A stretch of DNA of 64,000 bases. Origin: Octopus sinensis. Taxonomy: Eukaryota. Within the stretch, counting starts at the first letter, position 1. The number at the start of each line of letters is the position of its first letter. Shown piece by piece: positions 1 through 11,554 of the stretch. The stretch is taken from NCBI RefSeq assembly GCF_006345805.1, contig NC_043002.1, positions 77,128,001 to 77,192,000 of the forward strand, in the 5' to 3' direction. The translations under genes and the position numbers were made by a program. A model generated the notes under the pieces. The model had not been told where the DNA came from, made no database searches, and was given only the letters and a program-made list of their open reading frames with translations.

Positions 1-116
1 TTGATGGCTGATGGCTGATATCTCTTCAGAACAAGAACCGTGGGAGAATACACCAAACATTCTAACCTCTTTTGAAATGAGATTATTGCATCTCAAAAGC
101 AAGGAAAGAGCTGTTT
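1..116 (-). CDS. Candidate internal exon of a minus-strand gene, running off the window edge (TALSLLLRCNNLISKEVRMFGVFSHGSCSEEISAISHQ)
   Basis: Pyrimidine-rich acceptor ctctctcaactgcttatag| at 117; phase-1 frame open to the window end. The complementary plus-strand frame is also open for about 40 codons, so strand is not certain. Confidence 0.35.
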
Positions 117-361
117 CTATAAGCAGTTGAGAGAGTATAAGTATCTCTGAATATCTGTATATCACTGTATGTGTCTGTATATCGATGTAGATTTCTATCA
201 TTGATCACTTAATCTAAAGCAATCAATAGCTTCAAGGAGGTTCTCTCAACTGTCATATTGACCTTGATTTCTTTAAAATTCAATCAGTTTGGATAGAAAG
301 AAAAGGCAGAACTGCTGTTGGACTACAGAAATATTAAATACCTATTGACTAGAAGAATTAT

Positions 362-3300
362 AACTCCTGTATATTAATGTTAGCATTTGAGGTCTGGCGA
401 GATAGTCGAGATGCTTGAACGGAGACGTGTTGATGTATGTTGTATGCAAGAAATAAGGTGGAGAGGAGGATCTGCTAGGGTCCTCACAGGCAAGGAACAC
501 AGGTACAAGATTTTCTGGGCAGGGAACACTGACGGGGTTGGTGGCGTGGGTATACTTATCGCTGAGAAATGGATAGATAGAGTAATTGAGGTAATCAGAG
601 TAAGTGACAGAATACTTAAGATTAGAATAGTGCTTCATAATAGATTAGCAACCATTATATCGGCCTATGCCCCTCAGCCAGGGCTACCCGATGGACAGAA
701 AGAGAAAGACAGTCTATGACACCCTACTGCAGACCACCTCATCGACGAACGACAGGGACCTTCTCTTGTGGCTGGTGATTTCAATGGGCATGTTGGACGA
801 CATGCTGGGGGCTTCCATGGCGTACATGGAGGCTACGGTTATGGTTCCCGCAATGAGGAGGGAACCAGGCTACTGGAGTTCTGCGATGCGAATAGTCTTA
901 TGGTCTGAAACACTAACTTCAGGAAACCAACAAGCCACTGGTCACCTACGATCGGGCGGCATACTAGCCAAATCGACTACATCTTGCCAAGAAAAAGGAA
1001 AGATGGCTGCTTATAAATGCCAAAACCTTCCCAGGCGAAAATGCACCCCACAACATAGACTGGTAGTTAGGACTTTAGGATCAGGACTAAGAGGGCGACT
1101 AGAAGACGACCAACATGGAGAAGAAGGGTCTGGAAGCTTAAAGCCCCTGCGAATGGACAGAGATTTAGAGATATGTTACTTGAAGCCTTTGACGAAGTGG
1201 AAGGGGGTATAGCTACACATGGGGTAGAAGACAACTGGACGTTTCTGAGGGACAACCTGCTGAAAGCCGCTGACCAGATCTGTGGCTGGTGCAAAGTCCC
1301 CTTAAGACCCAAAATACGTGGTGGTGGAACAATATTGTTGACAGGGCTATTAGACAAAAGAAACAGGCTTGGAAGGCCTGGAAGAACGGTGGTAGCAGGG
1401 AAGGGTATCAGACGCCAGAAGGGAAGCTAGGAGACAGGTCTATCTAGCCAGAGGGGAAGCAGATAAGAGAAAATTTGCCAATGTCCTGCGCCGTGAGGAT
1501 GAAAGACTTGAGGTATTTCGTGTTGCAAGACAGGTGTGAGAGAGAATCGTGATGTGGTAGGAGAGAAATGTGTTCGCATGGAGGATGGTTCACTTGCGCT
1601 AAATGAGGATGCAAAGAGAGAAGCTTGGAGACGCCACTATGAAAGGTTACTGAATGAGGAAAATGAATGGGATAAAGAGAGTCTGCCGAATGTTGACCCT
1701 ACAGAGGGACCAGCTATCCGAGTTGATAGTTCCGTGGTAGCTAAGGCAATTAGAAGCATGAAGACGGGAAAGCCCCAGGCCCATCAGGAATTACTGCAGA
1801 GATGCTCAAAATATGGCAGTGTCGGCTATAACCTAGTCACCCGTATAGTCAACCAGGTGATACACGAAGGAGTCATACCCAATGACTGGTGCAGCAGTCA
1901 CCCGTATAGTCAACCAGGTGATACACGAAGGAGTCATACCCAATGACTGGTGCAGCAGCATACTAGTCAACTGCTACAAGGTAAAGGTGATGCCTAGATA
2001 CAAATAATTACAGAGGTATCAAGCTGTTGGATCAAGTAATGAAGGTTACGGAGAGGGTCATAGCCCAACTAATTAGAGAGAGAGTTAGTTTAGATGAGAT
2101 GCAGTTTGGGTTCGTGCCAGGGAAAAGTACCACTGATGCTATATTCCTGGTAAGGCAGCTGCAGGAGAAATACCTAGCCAAAGATAAGCCTGTACCTGGC
2201 TTTCGTTGACATGGAGAAAGCTTTTGATAGGGTCCCCCGATCCTTATCTGGTGGTCAATGAGGAAACTAGGGATAGATGAATGGCTGGTGAGGACTGTGC
2301 AAGCCATGTACAGAGATGCCGTAAGTAAGGTTAGGGTTGGCAACATGTACACAGAAGAATTCAAAGTAGAGGTTGGGGTCCACCAGGGTTCAGTACTCAG
2401 CCCCCTCCTATTATCATAGTACTCCAGGCAATTACGGAGGAATTCAAGACAGGCTGTCCCTGGGAGCTCCTCTACGCTGACGACCTTGCTCTTATTGCTG
2501 AGTCACTATCAGAACGGAGGAGAAGTTCCAGGTGTGGAAGGAGGGTTTAGAATCAAGGGGCCTTAGAGTCAACCTAGCTAAAACCAAAGTACTAATAAGT
2601 AGAAAGGTAGACAATCCACAAATATCTTCAGGAAGATGGCCCTGCTCGATCTGTAGAAAAGGTGTAGGTAGAAACTCTATAAGATGTACCCAGTGTAAGC
2701 TATGGACACATAAGAGGTGCAGCAATGTCAAAGGTAGGCTAACTGGGAAGATAGTTTTGTATGTGGCAGATGCTCGGGAGCATTAACCTCCGAAAATCTA
2801 CAGAAAACAACTTCCGTCACTTTCCAGGGGGAAAAACTAGAAGTAGTTGATAGCTTCCGTTATCTAGGTGACCAAGTCAGTAGTGGGGGTGGGTGTGCTG
2901 AAAGTGTAACTGCTAGAATAAGAATAGCCTGGGCAAAGTTTAGGGAGCTCTTACCTCTGCTGGTGACTAAGGCCTCTCGCTCAGAGTAAAAGGCAGACTG
3001 TATGATGCGTGTGTACGAACAGCCATGCTACATGGCAGCGAAACATGGGCCGTGACTGCTGAGGACATGCATAAGCTCGTGAGGAATGAAAGCCAGTATG
3101 CTCCGATGGATGTGTAATGTCAGTGTACATACTCGACAGAGCGTTAGCACCTTGAGAGAAATGTTGTACCTAAGAAGCATCAGTTGTGGTGTGCAAGAGA
3201 GACGATTGCGCTGGTATGGTCATGTGGCGAGAGAATGGATGAAGATAGGTGTGTGAGAAAGTGCCAATCCCTAGCAGTGGAGGGAACCGTGGAAGAGGTA

Positions 3301-4093
3301 GACCCAGGAAAACCTGGGACGAGGTGGTGAAGCACGACCTTCGAACTTTAGGCCTCACTGAGGAAATGACCAGAGACCGAGACCTTTGGAAATATTCTGT
3401 ACGTGAGAAGACCAGGCAGGACAAGTGAGCCCAGCCCACTTATGAATGCCTTTCCTCCCTTGGACACAAAGACCGGTTGAGGCAAGCGAAGTCGATATAG
3501 AACCTCATCCGACGACAGACACCCATGCCAATCCCCCATGCTTGCGAAGACATGTTGGGGCAAGCGAAATCGAAATCGAAACCGAATTGAACCAGCCAGG
3601 ATCCCTGGCCTGGTGGTACGTAAAAAGCACTATCCGACTCGTGGCCGTGGCACGTAAAATACTCCAATGCGACCGTACGACAGGCACCCATGCCAACCCC
3701 CTTTGCTTGTGAAGACATGTTGGGGCAAGCAAAATCGAAATCGAATTGAACCAGCCAGGATCCCTGGTCTGGTGGTACGTAAAAAGCACTATCCGACTCG
3801 TGGCCGATGCCAGCACCGCCTCGACTGGCTTCCGTGCCGGTGGCACATAAAATACACCAATCTGACCGTGGCCGTTGCCAGCCCCGCCTGGCACCTGTGC
3901 AGGTGGCACGTAAAAAGCACCCACTACACTCACGGAGTGGTTGGCGTTAGGAAGGGCATCCAGCTGTAGAAACATTGCCAGATTAGACTGGAGCCTGGTG
4001 CAGCCTTCTGGCTTCCCAAAACCCCGGTCGAACCGTCCAACCCATGCTAGCATGGAGAACGGACGTTAAACGACGATGATGATGATGATGATG
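362..4093 (+). mobile_element. Near-full-length degenerate RTE-clade non-LTR retrotransposon (APE endonuclease, RT, PHD-like finger, modular 3' UTR, (GAT)n tail)
   Basis: APE motifs VDVCCMQEIRW and IISAYAPQ (387-719). RT motifs QFGFVPGKSTTDAIF, FVDMEKAFDRVP, GVHQGSVLSP and WELLYADDLA (2461-2490). RTE-type C-terminus RPRKTWDEVVKHDL...KTRQDK* (stop 3426-3428). Many frameshifts. 3' end is cgttaaacgac(gat)n at 4065-4093. Confidence 0.95.
1835..1956 (+). repeat. Exact 61-bp tandem duplication inside the RTE ORF
   Basis: agtcacccgtatagtc...gactggtgcagc occurs at 1835-1895 and 1896-1956. Confidence 0.95.
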
Positions 4094-4097
4094 TTCC

Positions 4098-4315
4098 AAA
4101 GGTAGCAAGATGGCAGAATTCTTAGCATGGTGAACAAAATACTTAGTGGTATTTCTTCCTGATCTTTATATGCTGAGTTCAAATCCCATAGAGATCAACT
4201 TTGCCTTTCATCCTTTCAGAGTCAATAAAATAAAATACCAGTCAAGTACTGCAGTTGATGTAATCAATGAACTCCTTCCACAAAAATTACTGGCCTTGTG
4301 TCAAGATTTGAAATC
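4098..4315 (+). mobile_element. SINE family D (aaggyggcgagctggcagaa head), diverged copy
   Basis: Matches the family body gagttcaaat...actttgcctttcatcc...aagtac seen many times in this window. Confidence 0.7.
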
Positions 4316-4953
4316 ATATAATCATTATTGTTCTGCAGAGATTTCCTACTTTTGTCTTTTAATGATTATTCAATGAAAATTAAGTGTTTTCAAATTCTAG
4401 CATACTCTTATTCAGAATTTCTGCACTATCACTTGTAGAATTTTATGGAAAAGTACCTTCTGGTTCTGATAAGATATTTTGAGTTGTAAATCCATTCTTG
4501 ACATCCTACTCATTATCCAGCAAACATATGTACTGTGGAACCTTGTCTAAACTTCTAAACCAAATAAAAATTACTATATACATTTGTTCCATGCTACAAA
4601 TGCATCTATTGCATCAAAACTGTGCTATCTGTGGTATTTATTAGTATCTTATAAAATCCTGTTGATGTTTTGCATTGGTTTTATATGACTCTCTCAGTTA
4701 CCATTTATTGTTTAATTTATCACATTCAGCACTATAGACTTCCCTGCTTTAATATATCAGCTTTCACCTTTTAGCAGTTAATACAGATTCTTATAGAAAT
4801 AATCAACAATAACACTCCAGTAAGTACACAGGTTTAAAAGAACAGGAGTCAGTGACCCTATGCTAAAGTTCAACACTACTATTCTTTATCATTCCATGAA
4901 TCCTAAACACTTTAACAAACTACCTTTATATATATTTATATATATGACTATAA

Positions 4954-4992
<39 letters not shown>

Positions 4993-5330
4993 GTGAAGAT
5001 GCATGGCTCAGTGGTTAGAGTGTCGAGCTTACGATCATGAGGTTGTGAGTTCAATTCCCGAACCGGGCTGCGTGTTGTGTTCTTGAACAAGACACTTTAT
5101 TTCACGTTGCTCCAGTTCACTCAGCTGTAGAAATGAGTTGAAACATCACTGGTGCCAAGCTGCATTGGCCTTTGCCTTTCCCTTGGATAACATCAGTGGT
5201 GTGTGGAGGGGAGGCTGGTATGCATGGGCGACTACTGGCCTTCCATAAGCAACCTTGCCCGGACTTGTGCCTCAGAGAGTAACTTTCTAGGTGCAATCCC
5301 ATAGTCATTTATGATTAAAAGGGGTCACCT
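4993..5330 (+). mobile_element. tRNA-headed SINE family A
   Basis: A-box tggctcagtgg and B-box gagttcaattcc, followed by a gtgttcttgaacaagacacttta central domain. A related copy lies at 43185-43480. Confidence 0.8.
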
Positions 5331-5393
5331 CATATATATACATGACTATAAAATATAATACAATATATATTTATATATATTTATATATATACT

Positions 5394-5831
5394 GGTAAAA
5401 ATGGTAAGACAACAAAAGAAAGAAAGAGAGGAATTTATCTGTAAATGTAATATGTGACAATTATTCAGTAGCCATGATAAAATTCCGAGTTTTGGATGCC
5501 GAGATGGAAATCCATGCCGCCATTTCTTCAGTTATCTGGCCATCGAAAAAATGCCTCATTATGGTGGGCGGAATCCTGGAAGTACTGCTATACCAGGCCA
5601 ACCCATAGCAAAGGCAGAGCAAGCCCCTAACTCTTCGCCTCATTCTAAAAATCAGTTTAATATCGATGGTCCCAAATAGGGACCGTATCAGATATTAAGC
5701 TAATAAGAACAGATGCTACATCTGATGGTTGGATAACTGAAGAGATGGTGGCATGGATTTCCACCTCGTCATCCAAAACTTGGAGTTTTATCATGGCTAC
5801 CGAATAATTGTCACATATTACTTTTGCATAT
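5394..5831. mobile_element. MITE-like element with 98-bp inverted repeats enclosing a U2 snRNA fragment
   Basis: 5447-5544 and 5724-5821 are inverted repeats (88/98 identical by manual comparison). Both outer ends run into (TA)n. The same arm sequence recurs at 13346-13534. Confidence 0.85.
5563..5726 (-). pseudogene. U2: 5'-truncated U2 snRNA pseudogene
   Basis: Minus strand reads ATCAGATGTAGCATCTGTTCTTATTAGCTTAATATCTGATACG-GGTCCCTATTTGGGACC...GATTTTTAG...GGGGCTTGCTC...CCTGGTATAGCAGTACTTCCAGG. This is colinear with metazoan U2 from about nt 26 to the 3' end. The branch-point pairing site (GTAGCA vs GTAGTA) and Sm site (ATTTTTA vs ATTTTTG) are mutated. Confidence 0.9.
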
Positions 5832-5847
5832 ATATATATGTGTGTGT

Positions 5848-6145
5848 GTGGAGGCGCAATGACCTAGTGGTTAGGGGAGCAGACTCGTGGTTGTAGGATT
5901 GCGATTCCCAGACCGGGCATTATGAGTGTTTATTGAGCGAAAACACCTAAAGCTCTACGAGGCTCCAGCAGGGGGGATGTGGCGATCCCTGCTGTACTTT
6001 TTTGCCACAACCTTCTCTCACTCTTTCTTCTGTTGGCTTGCTCACTTAGCCAGCAGGGTGGCATCATTTGAAGGCTAAAACAATGCGAAGCGCATTGTGA
6101 CCAGCGATGTGTAGCAACATCTGATAGCCTGGTCAGTCACGGTGA
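5848..6145 (+). mobile_element. tRNA-headed SINE family B
   Basis: Head ggaggcgcaatgacctagtggttag...gattcccagaccggg. A second copy lies on the minus strand at 15316-15645. Confidence 0.8.
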
Positions 6146-6589
6146 TATATATATATAAACACACACACACTTACACACACACACACAAGGTGCTTCCACA
6201 CATTTTCTGTCAACCAAGTTCACAGAGCATTAGTTGACTTGGGGGTTATAATGGAAGACACCTGCCCAAGGTGCAGCACAGTGGGACTGAACTGAAACCA
6301 TAAGGTTTTAAAGCAAGTATCTTAACCACAGTAGCCATACTTGCACATGTAACTTTCAAACTTTTTTTCAGTTTTTCACCCCTTACCAGTTCACCATCCT
6401 GATTTCTGCCTACATGTAATAAGGGAAAAGAAAAGAATCAATTTTTAAGGGAAATAAATCTAGTAAAGATCGGTTTGAATAAGGATAAAAATTTTTTTTT
6501 ACCTGAAGCAATTTCCTCAATGGGGAAGTCCCCTCAAATCTCAAGAATTTTTCTTTGGATTCTTGCCAAATATAGGATGGTACTTATCG

Positions 6590-6658
6590 TTGTTATTATT
6601 ATTACTATTATTATTATTGTTGTTATTGTTGTTGTTGTTATTATTATTATTATTATTA

Positions 6659-6694
<36 letters not shown>

Positions 6695-6697
6695 CAT
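6590..6697. repeat. (TTA/TTG)n microsatellite
   Basis: Direct inspection. Confidence 0.95.
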
Positions 6698-7175
6698 TAA
6701 GGTGGCGAGCTGACAGAATCATTTGCACGACAAGCAAAATGTTTAGCAGCATTTCACCCATCGCTACATTCTGAGTTCAAATTCCACCAAGGTCAACTTT
6801 GCTTTTCATCCTTTTGAGATTGATAAATTAAGTACCGGTGAAACACTGGGGTTGATGTAATCAACTAGTCCCCTGCCCCAAAATTGCAGGTCTTGTGCCT
6901 TTAGTAGAAAGAATTATTACTACTACTACTACTACTACTACTTATTTCTTTATTGCCCACAAGGGGCTAAACATAGAGGGGACAAACAAGGACAGACAAA
7001 TGGATTAAGTCGATTACATCGACCCCAGTTCGTAACTGGTACTTAATTTATCGACCCCGAAAGGATGAAAGGCAAAGTCGGCCTTGGTGGAATTTGAACA
7101 CAGAACATAGCAGCAGACGAAATACCACTAGGCATTTCGCCCTTCATGCTAACGTTTCTGCCAGCTCACTGCTTA
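6698..7175. mobile_element. Inverted pair of SINE family D copies (6698-6915 on +, 6942-7175 on -) separated by (TAC)n
   Basis: Plus copy starts taaggtggcgagctgacag; minus copy ends ccagctcactgctta. Confidence 0.85.
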
Positions 7176-7387
7176 CTACTACCACTACTGCTAATTTTAC
7201 TGACTATGCAACAGTGTAACTGCAGAATAATCTAGAAAATGAAATATTAAAAGTAAGAGAAATAATTTCTAAAATTTATAGAATTTCTAACATTTGATTA
7301 AATTTCATTAATTTCTGGCCATACTTTTAAAAGAAAACTCTAAAAGAATTATTTAAGAAGTAAACAAAATATAGACACATAATGAAA

Positions 7388-7430
7388 GGTGTGTGTGTGT
7401 GTGTGTGTATGTGTGTGTGTGTGTGTGTGT

Positions 7431-7479
<49 letters not shown>

Positions 7480-7500
7480 GTGTATGTGTATGTGTATGCA
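7388..7500. repeat. (TG)n microsatellite
   Basis: Direct inspection. Confidence 0.95.
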
Positions 7501-8228
7501 CACGCATTTCAAATTGTCAGTGTAAATCTTTCAGAAACAGCTTCACATAATCGCATAATTCTATACAAGTGATTATGTGAATCTTAAGCAAGCATATAGT
7601 TAATGAAATATGTCTGTCACATATCAGAATTCTAAGAAACGTGTCTTAAATACTAATAAGACCAACTACTGATTACTTGACACCAATGTTAACCATGCCT
7701 CAAGCATGATGTCAATGTTCATTCACTGAGTATAAATAAAAGTGCACGAAGAACTGGAGAACTAACATAGCTAATTCCGTTCTTCCTTAGCTGCAAATTT
7801 TGACCAAACAAAGTGAAGGGGAAACATTTTCATATCTAGTCATCCTAACAGTTTCAAAAGTTATGGTTTTTCTGTATAAAAATTATGTAGCCATTTCCCT
7901 ATTGTAGATGCAATTATTACTCAGTTGTTCTACATTGTGCAACCACACCTTGATTATGGAATTTGGGCTTGAAGGAATGCAAGTAAATCTGAACTTAAAT
8001 GTTAAAGAATCTTTAACAAATAGCTACAACAATGAATCATAGGATATATTATATCCATTCTGAATCATTTGTGGAATGTCATCTCCTTTAATGGGTATGT
8101 GTAAAATAAATTATTCTTTGATTTTATCTTTTATTGTAAGTTGTCTTTTGTCTACATATATATGTAACTGTTTGGACTTTGGGTATATGTCTATTAGTAT
8201 GTCAAAGCACATTCACCGTTTGGGCTAC

Positions 8229-8305
8229 CTGGTGTCATCCACAGTAACAATATAATTTTCGCAGGATCTATGTCAGGAACTCCGCAGTGTTTGTTGAGTT
8301 TATAG
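8229..8305 (-). CDS. Candidate exon (YKLNKHCGVPDIDPAKIILLLWMTP), phase 2 to 1
   Basis: Acceptor gtttcttttatcag| and donor cag|gtagcc; only one frame is open. Confidence 0.3.
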
Positions 8306-8405
8306 CTGATAAAAGAAACCGAAGACTGATTTAGTATGAATCTTTGTTCAGCAAGATGGTCATTTTGACACATCCTGCATTTGTCCCATAGGATAATGTG
8401 CCTCT

Positions 8406-8647
8406 TATTTCTTATTTCTTGACTGCCCACAAGGGGCTACACACAGAAGGGACAAACAAGGACAGACAAACGGATTAAGTCGATTATATATCGACCCCAG
8501 TGCATAACTGGTACTTAATTTATCGACTCCGAAAGGATGAAAGCCAAAGTCGACTTCAGCGAAATTTGAACTCAGAACATAGTGGCAGACGAAATACCAC
8601 CAAGCATTTCGCCCAATGTGCTAACATTTCTGCCAGCTCGCCGCCTT
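8406..8647 (-). mobile_element. SINE family D with 11-bp target-site duplication atgtgcctctt
   Basis: TSD at 8396-8406 and 8648-8658. Confidence 0.9.
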
Positions 8648-8817
8648 ATGTGCCTCTTGTTGCATTGCATCAATCAGTGCAGGCTGTGTCACTTCAGGTG
8701 CTTGGTGTAGGAAAATATTCCACCAGATATACTGAGATCTCCTTAGCATGCTGTTCTGGTTAGTTGTGCATTGGTACACTGACCGATATATGTATGTAAC
8801 AATATATATATATATAT

Positions 8818-9135
8818 ATTTTTACTTGTTTCAGTCATATGACTGTGGCCATGCTGGAGCACTGCCTTTAGTTGAGCAAATCGACACTTGGACTTATTCT
8901 TTGTAAGCCTAGTACTTATTTTATCAGTCTCTTTTGCTGAACTGCTAAGAACTACTGCTTTAAATTATAAATGCAATCTGTCCAACTGGTTAACAAGGTT
9001 TCTGTTCCTCCAGTTTCATTCACAAGGCTTAGGCTGGCCAGGGCAAACAATAAAAAACACTTGCTTGAGATACCACTCAGTGGTATCTTATTATTATTGT
9101 AAAGCAAACTTCTTAGCCACTCAGCTATGTCTGTG
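8818..9135 (-). mobile_element. SINE family C, diverged and internally deleted
   Basis: Tail tttacttgtttcagtcat...ctgtggccatgctggagcac and head remnant cttagccactcagc. Confidence 0.7.
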
Positions 9136-9204
9136 TCCATCCAAGAAGACATTCTAGATAAAGACTATCACCACTTATCAGTATGGTCTCTCAACTGAAG
9201 GCAG

Positions 9205-9410
9205 CTAGATGACAGAACTGTTAGCATGCTGGTCAAAACACTTAGTGGCATTTCATCTGTCTCTACATTCTGAATTCAAATTCCACCAGGGTTGACTTTG
9301 CCTTTCATCCTTTTGGGGTCAATAAAATAGGTACCAGTTGAACACAGGGGTTAATGTAATCAACTTATGCGCTCCCCCAAAATTGCTGGCCTTGTGCCAA
9401 AATGTGAAAC
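9205..9410 (+). mobile_element. SINE family D
   Basis: Family body plus ccaaaatgtgaaacc tail subtype. Confidence 0.75.
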
Positions 9411-9621
9411 CAGTATGATCTCTCAATTTACTTCCTAGATTTGATAGCTCGACATTCTTCTCTTAACTGATTGACCATTTTATTATTTGCTTTCTTTTTT
9501 AATTATATACTATACTAAATTAATAATACATTAGTTTGTAGGCTAATGAGAGAATTTTTATCTATTCATGCAACCTACTAGATCTAGCTACCAAATCTTC
9601 TTCAAATCACTCTTTTTTAAA

Positions 9622-10018
9622 TTCTTTTTACTTGTTTCAATCATTTGACTGTGGCCATGCTGGAGCACTGCCTTTAGTCGAGCAAATCAACCCCAGGACT
9701 TATTCTTTGTAAGCCTAGTACTTATTCTATCGGTCTCCTTTGCCGAACCACTTATGTTACAGGGATGTAAACACACCAGCATCGGTTGTCAAGTGATGTT
9801 GGGGGGACAAACACAGACACACAAACACATATACATATATATATATATACATATATACCTCAGGCTTCTTTTAGTTTCCATCCACCAAATCCACTCACAA
9901 GGCTTTGGTCGGCCTGAGGCTATAGGAGAAGACACTTGCCCAAGGTGCCACACAGTGGGACTGAACTTGGAACCATGTGGTTGGTAAGCAAGCTACTTAC
10001 CACACAGCCACTCCTACA
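9622..10018 (-). mobile_element. Full-length tRNA-headed SINE family C
   Basis: Reverse strand: aggtgtaggagtggctgtgtggtaag head and ggttccaagttcagtccc B-box. Has an internal (CA/TA) tract and a gagtaaaa-type tail. Near-identical to 29132-29560 and 51148-51555. Confidence 0.9.
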
Positions 10019-10029
10019 CCTATAAAACA

Positions 10030-10205
10030 AAGGGATTAAGTTGATTACATTGACACCAGTGTGTAACTGGTACTTATTTAATCAACCCCGAAAGGATGAA
10101 AGGAAAAGTCGACCTCGGCGGAATTTGAACTCAGAATGCAACAGCAGACGAAATAGCGCAATGCATTTCATCAGGTGTGCTAATGATTCTGTGAGCTCAC
10201 TCATT
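10030..10205 (-). mobile_element. SINE family D
   Basis: Family body aaggatgaaaggaaaagtcgacctcggcggaatttgaactcagaa. Confidence 0.8.
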
Positions 10206-10629
10206 ACAATTTTTTTAAAAAACAGGAGCCACATTGAATAAAAATTAGGTAATAGATAATTTTGGTCTTGGAATGGATGGTCTGGATTGCAGATCTGCTC
10301 ATTCATTACTGATCAAGTGCTAACAGCAACATACATCAGTTTGTATTAAAAATTCACAAGTATCAACATAAAATTCATTTTCCCATGCCATTCATCCGCC
10401 TGTTTGGCAGCTAAAACCACTTCACTATTACTGCTTACTTCCCTATTACCCTTACCCCACCTCTCTTTCTCTATCTTTCTCTGTGACACAGATATGTACT
10501 CACATTTTCTTCCTCTTTTCTGTCTGTCTGTCTCTCTCTAGCTCTCTTACCTCTTCTCTTCCCCTTTTTTTGTTTGTTTCAAATATACATATACACAGAG
10601 GTATGGCTTTGTGTTTAAGTTCACCTTGT

Positions 10630-10745
10630 GATATATAATATATATATATATAATATATATATATATATAATATATATATATAAGTTATTGTATATGGGGT
10701 GGGTGTATATGTACATTTACACATATAGATTTGTGTGTATGTGCA

Positions 10746-10782
<37 letters not shown>

Positions 10783-10889
10783 TATTGCAGTTTATACATT
10801 GATTCAAAATATACAGGTATAATATATTGAAACCAATACAGTTCTCTTTGATGCAATGTATATTATATACATACATATACATACAGACA

Positions 10890-10953
<64 letters not shown>

Positions 10954-11029
10954 ATATGTATATGCATGTATGTATATATATATATATGTATATATATATT
11001 ATATATATATATATATATGTATATGCATG

Positions 11030-11076
<47 letters not shown>

Positions 11077-11081
11077 GCATG

Positions 11082-11124
<43 letters not shown>

Positions 11125-11260
11125 ATATATATATATATATGTATGTATATGTATGTATGTATATATATATATATATATATATATAGGGGTTGCATGCTAT
11201 GAGGTTATTACTCAGATGATCTTCAATATATATATATTATATATATATATACACACAAAT
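10630..11260. repeat. Compound (TA)n/(TATG)n/(TG)n/(GA)n microsatellite block
   Basis: Direct inspection; source of the poly-YI ORFs in the track. Confidence 0.95.
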
Positions 11261-11554
11261 ACATATATATATTCACAAACACACAAATATTTATAAGTAT
11301 ATACATGTGTGTTGGTGTGTATACTTCAAAAAGAAAGAGATCAATATATTACACATATTGAATCAACATATACTCAGATTATTTGAACTGAAATTAAAAA
11401 TAAACTCCAACACAAATGTAAACATATCGACTAAGGTGCAACAGCCATGCAGCAGGATGTCTCACAAGCAATTTAAACATGTGTAGTGAATTAGAACATA
11501 GTTCGATTTGAAAATCTGAATTTTGTATTAATATAGAAACTATATCTTGCTTAC

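Noticed and set aside
4993-5070. tRNA gene (also SINE heads at 5848, 9950-10018, 15590-15645 and 29500-29560)
   Set aside because: A/B boxes are present, but there is no complete cloverleaf and the sequence continues into repeated SINE bodies.
5563-5726. Functional U2 snRNA gene
   Set aside because: The first ~25 nt are missing, the branch-pairing and Sm sites are mutated, and no PSE or 3' box is evident.
10500-11296. Long ORFs rich in YI/TH/CV (also near 7.3, 15.5, 18.3, 20.7, 40.8, 54.0 and 58.9 kb)
   Set aside because: They are translations of (TA)n/(CA)n microsatellites, which lack stop codons in several frames.
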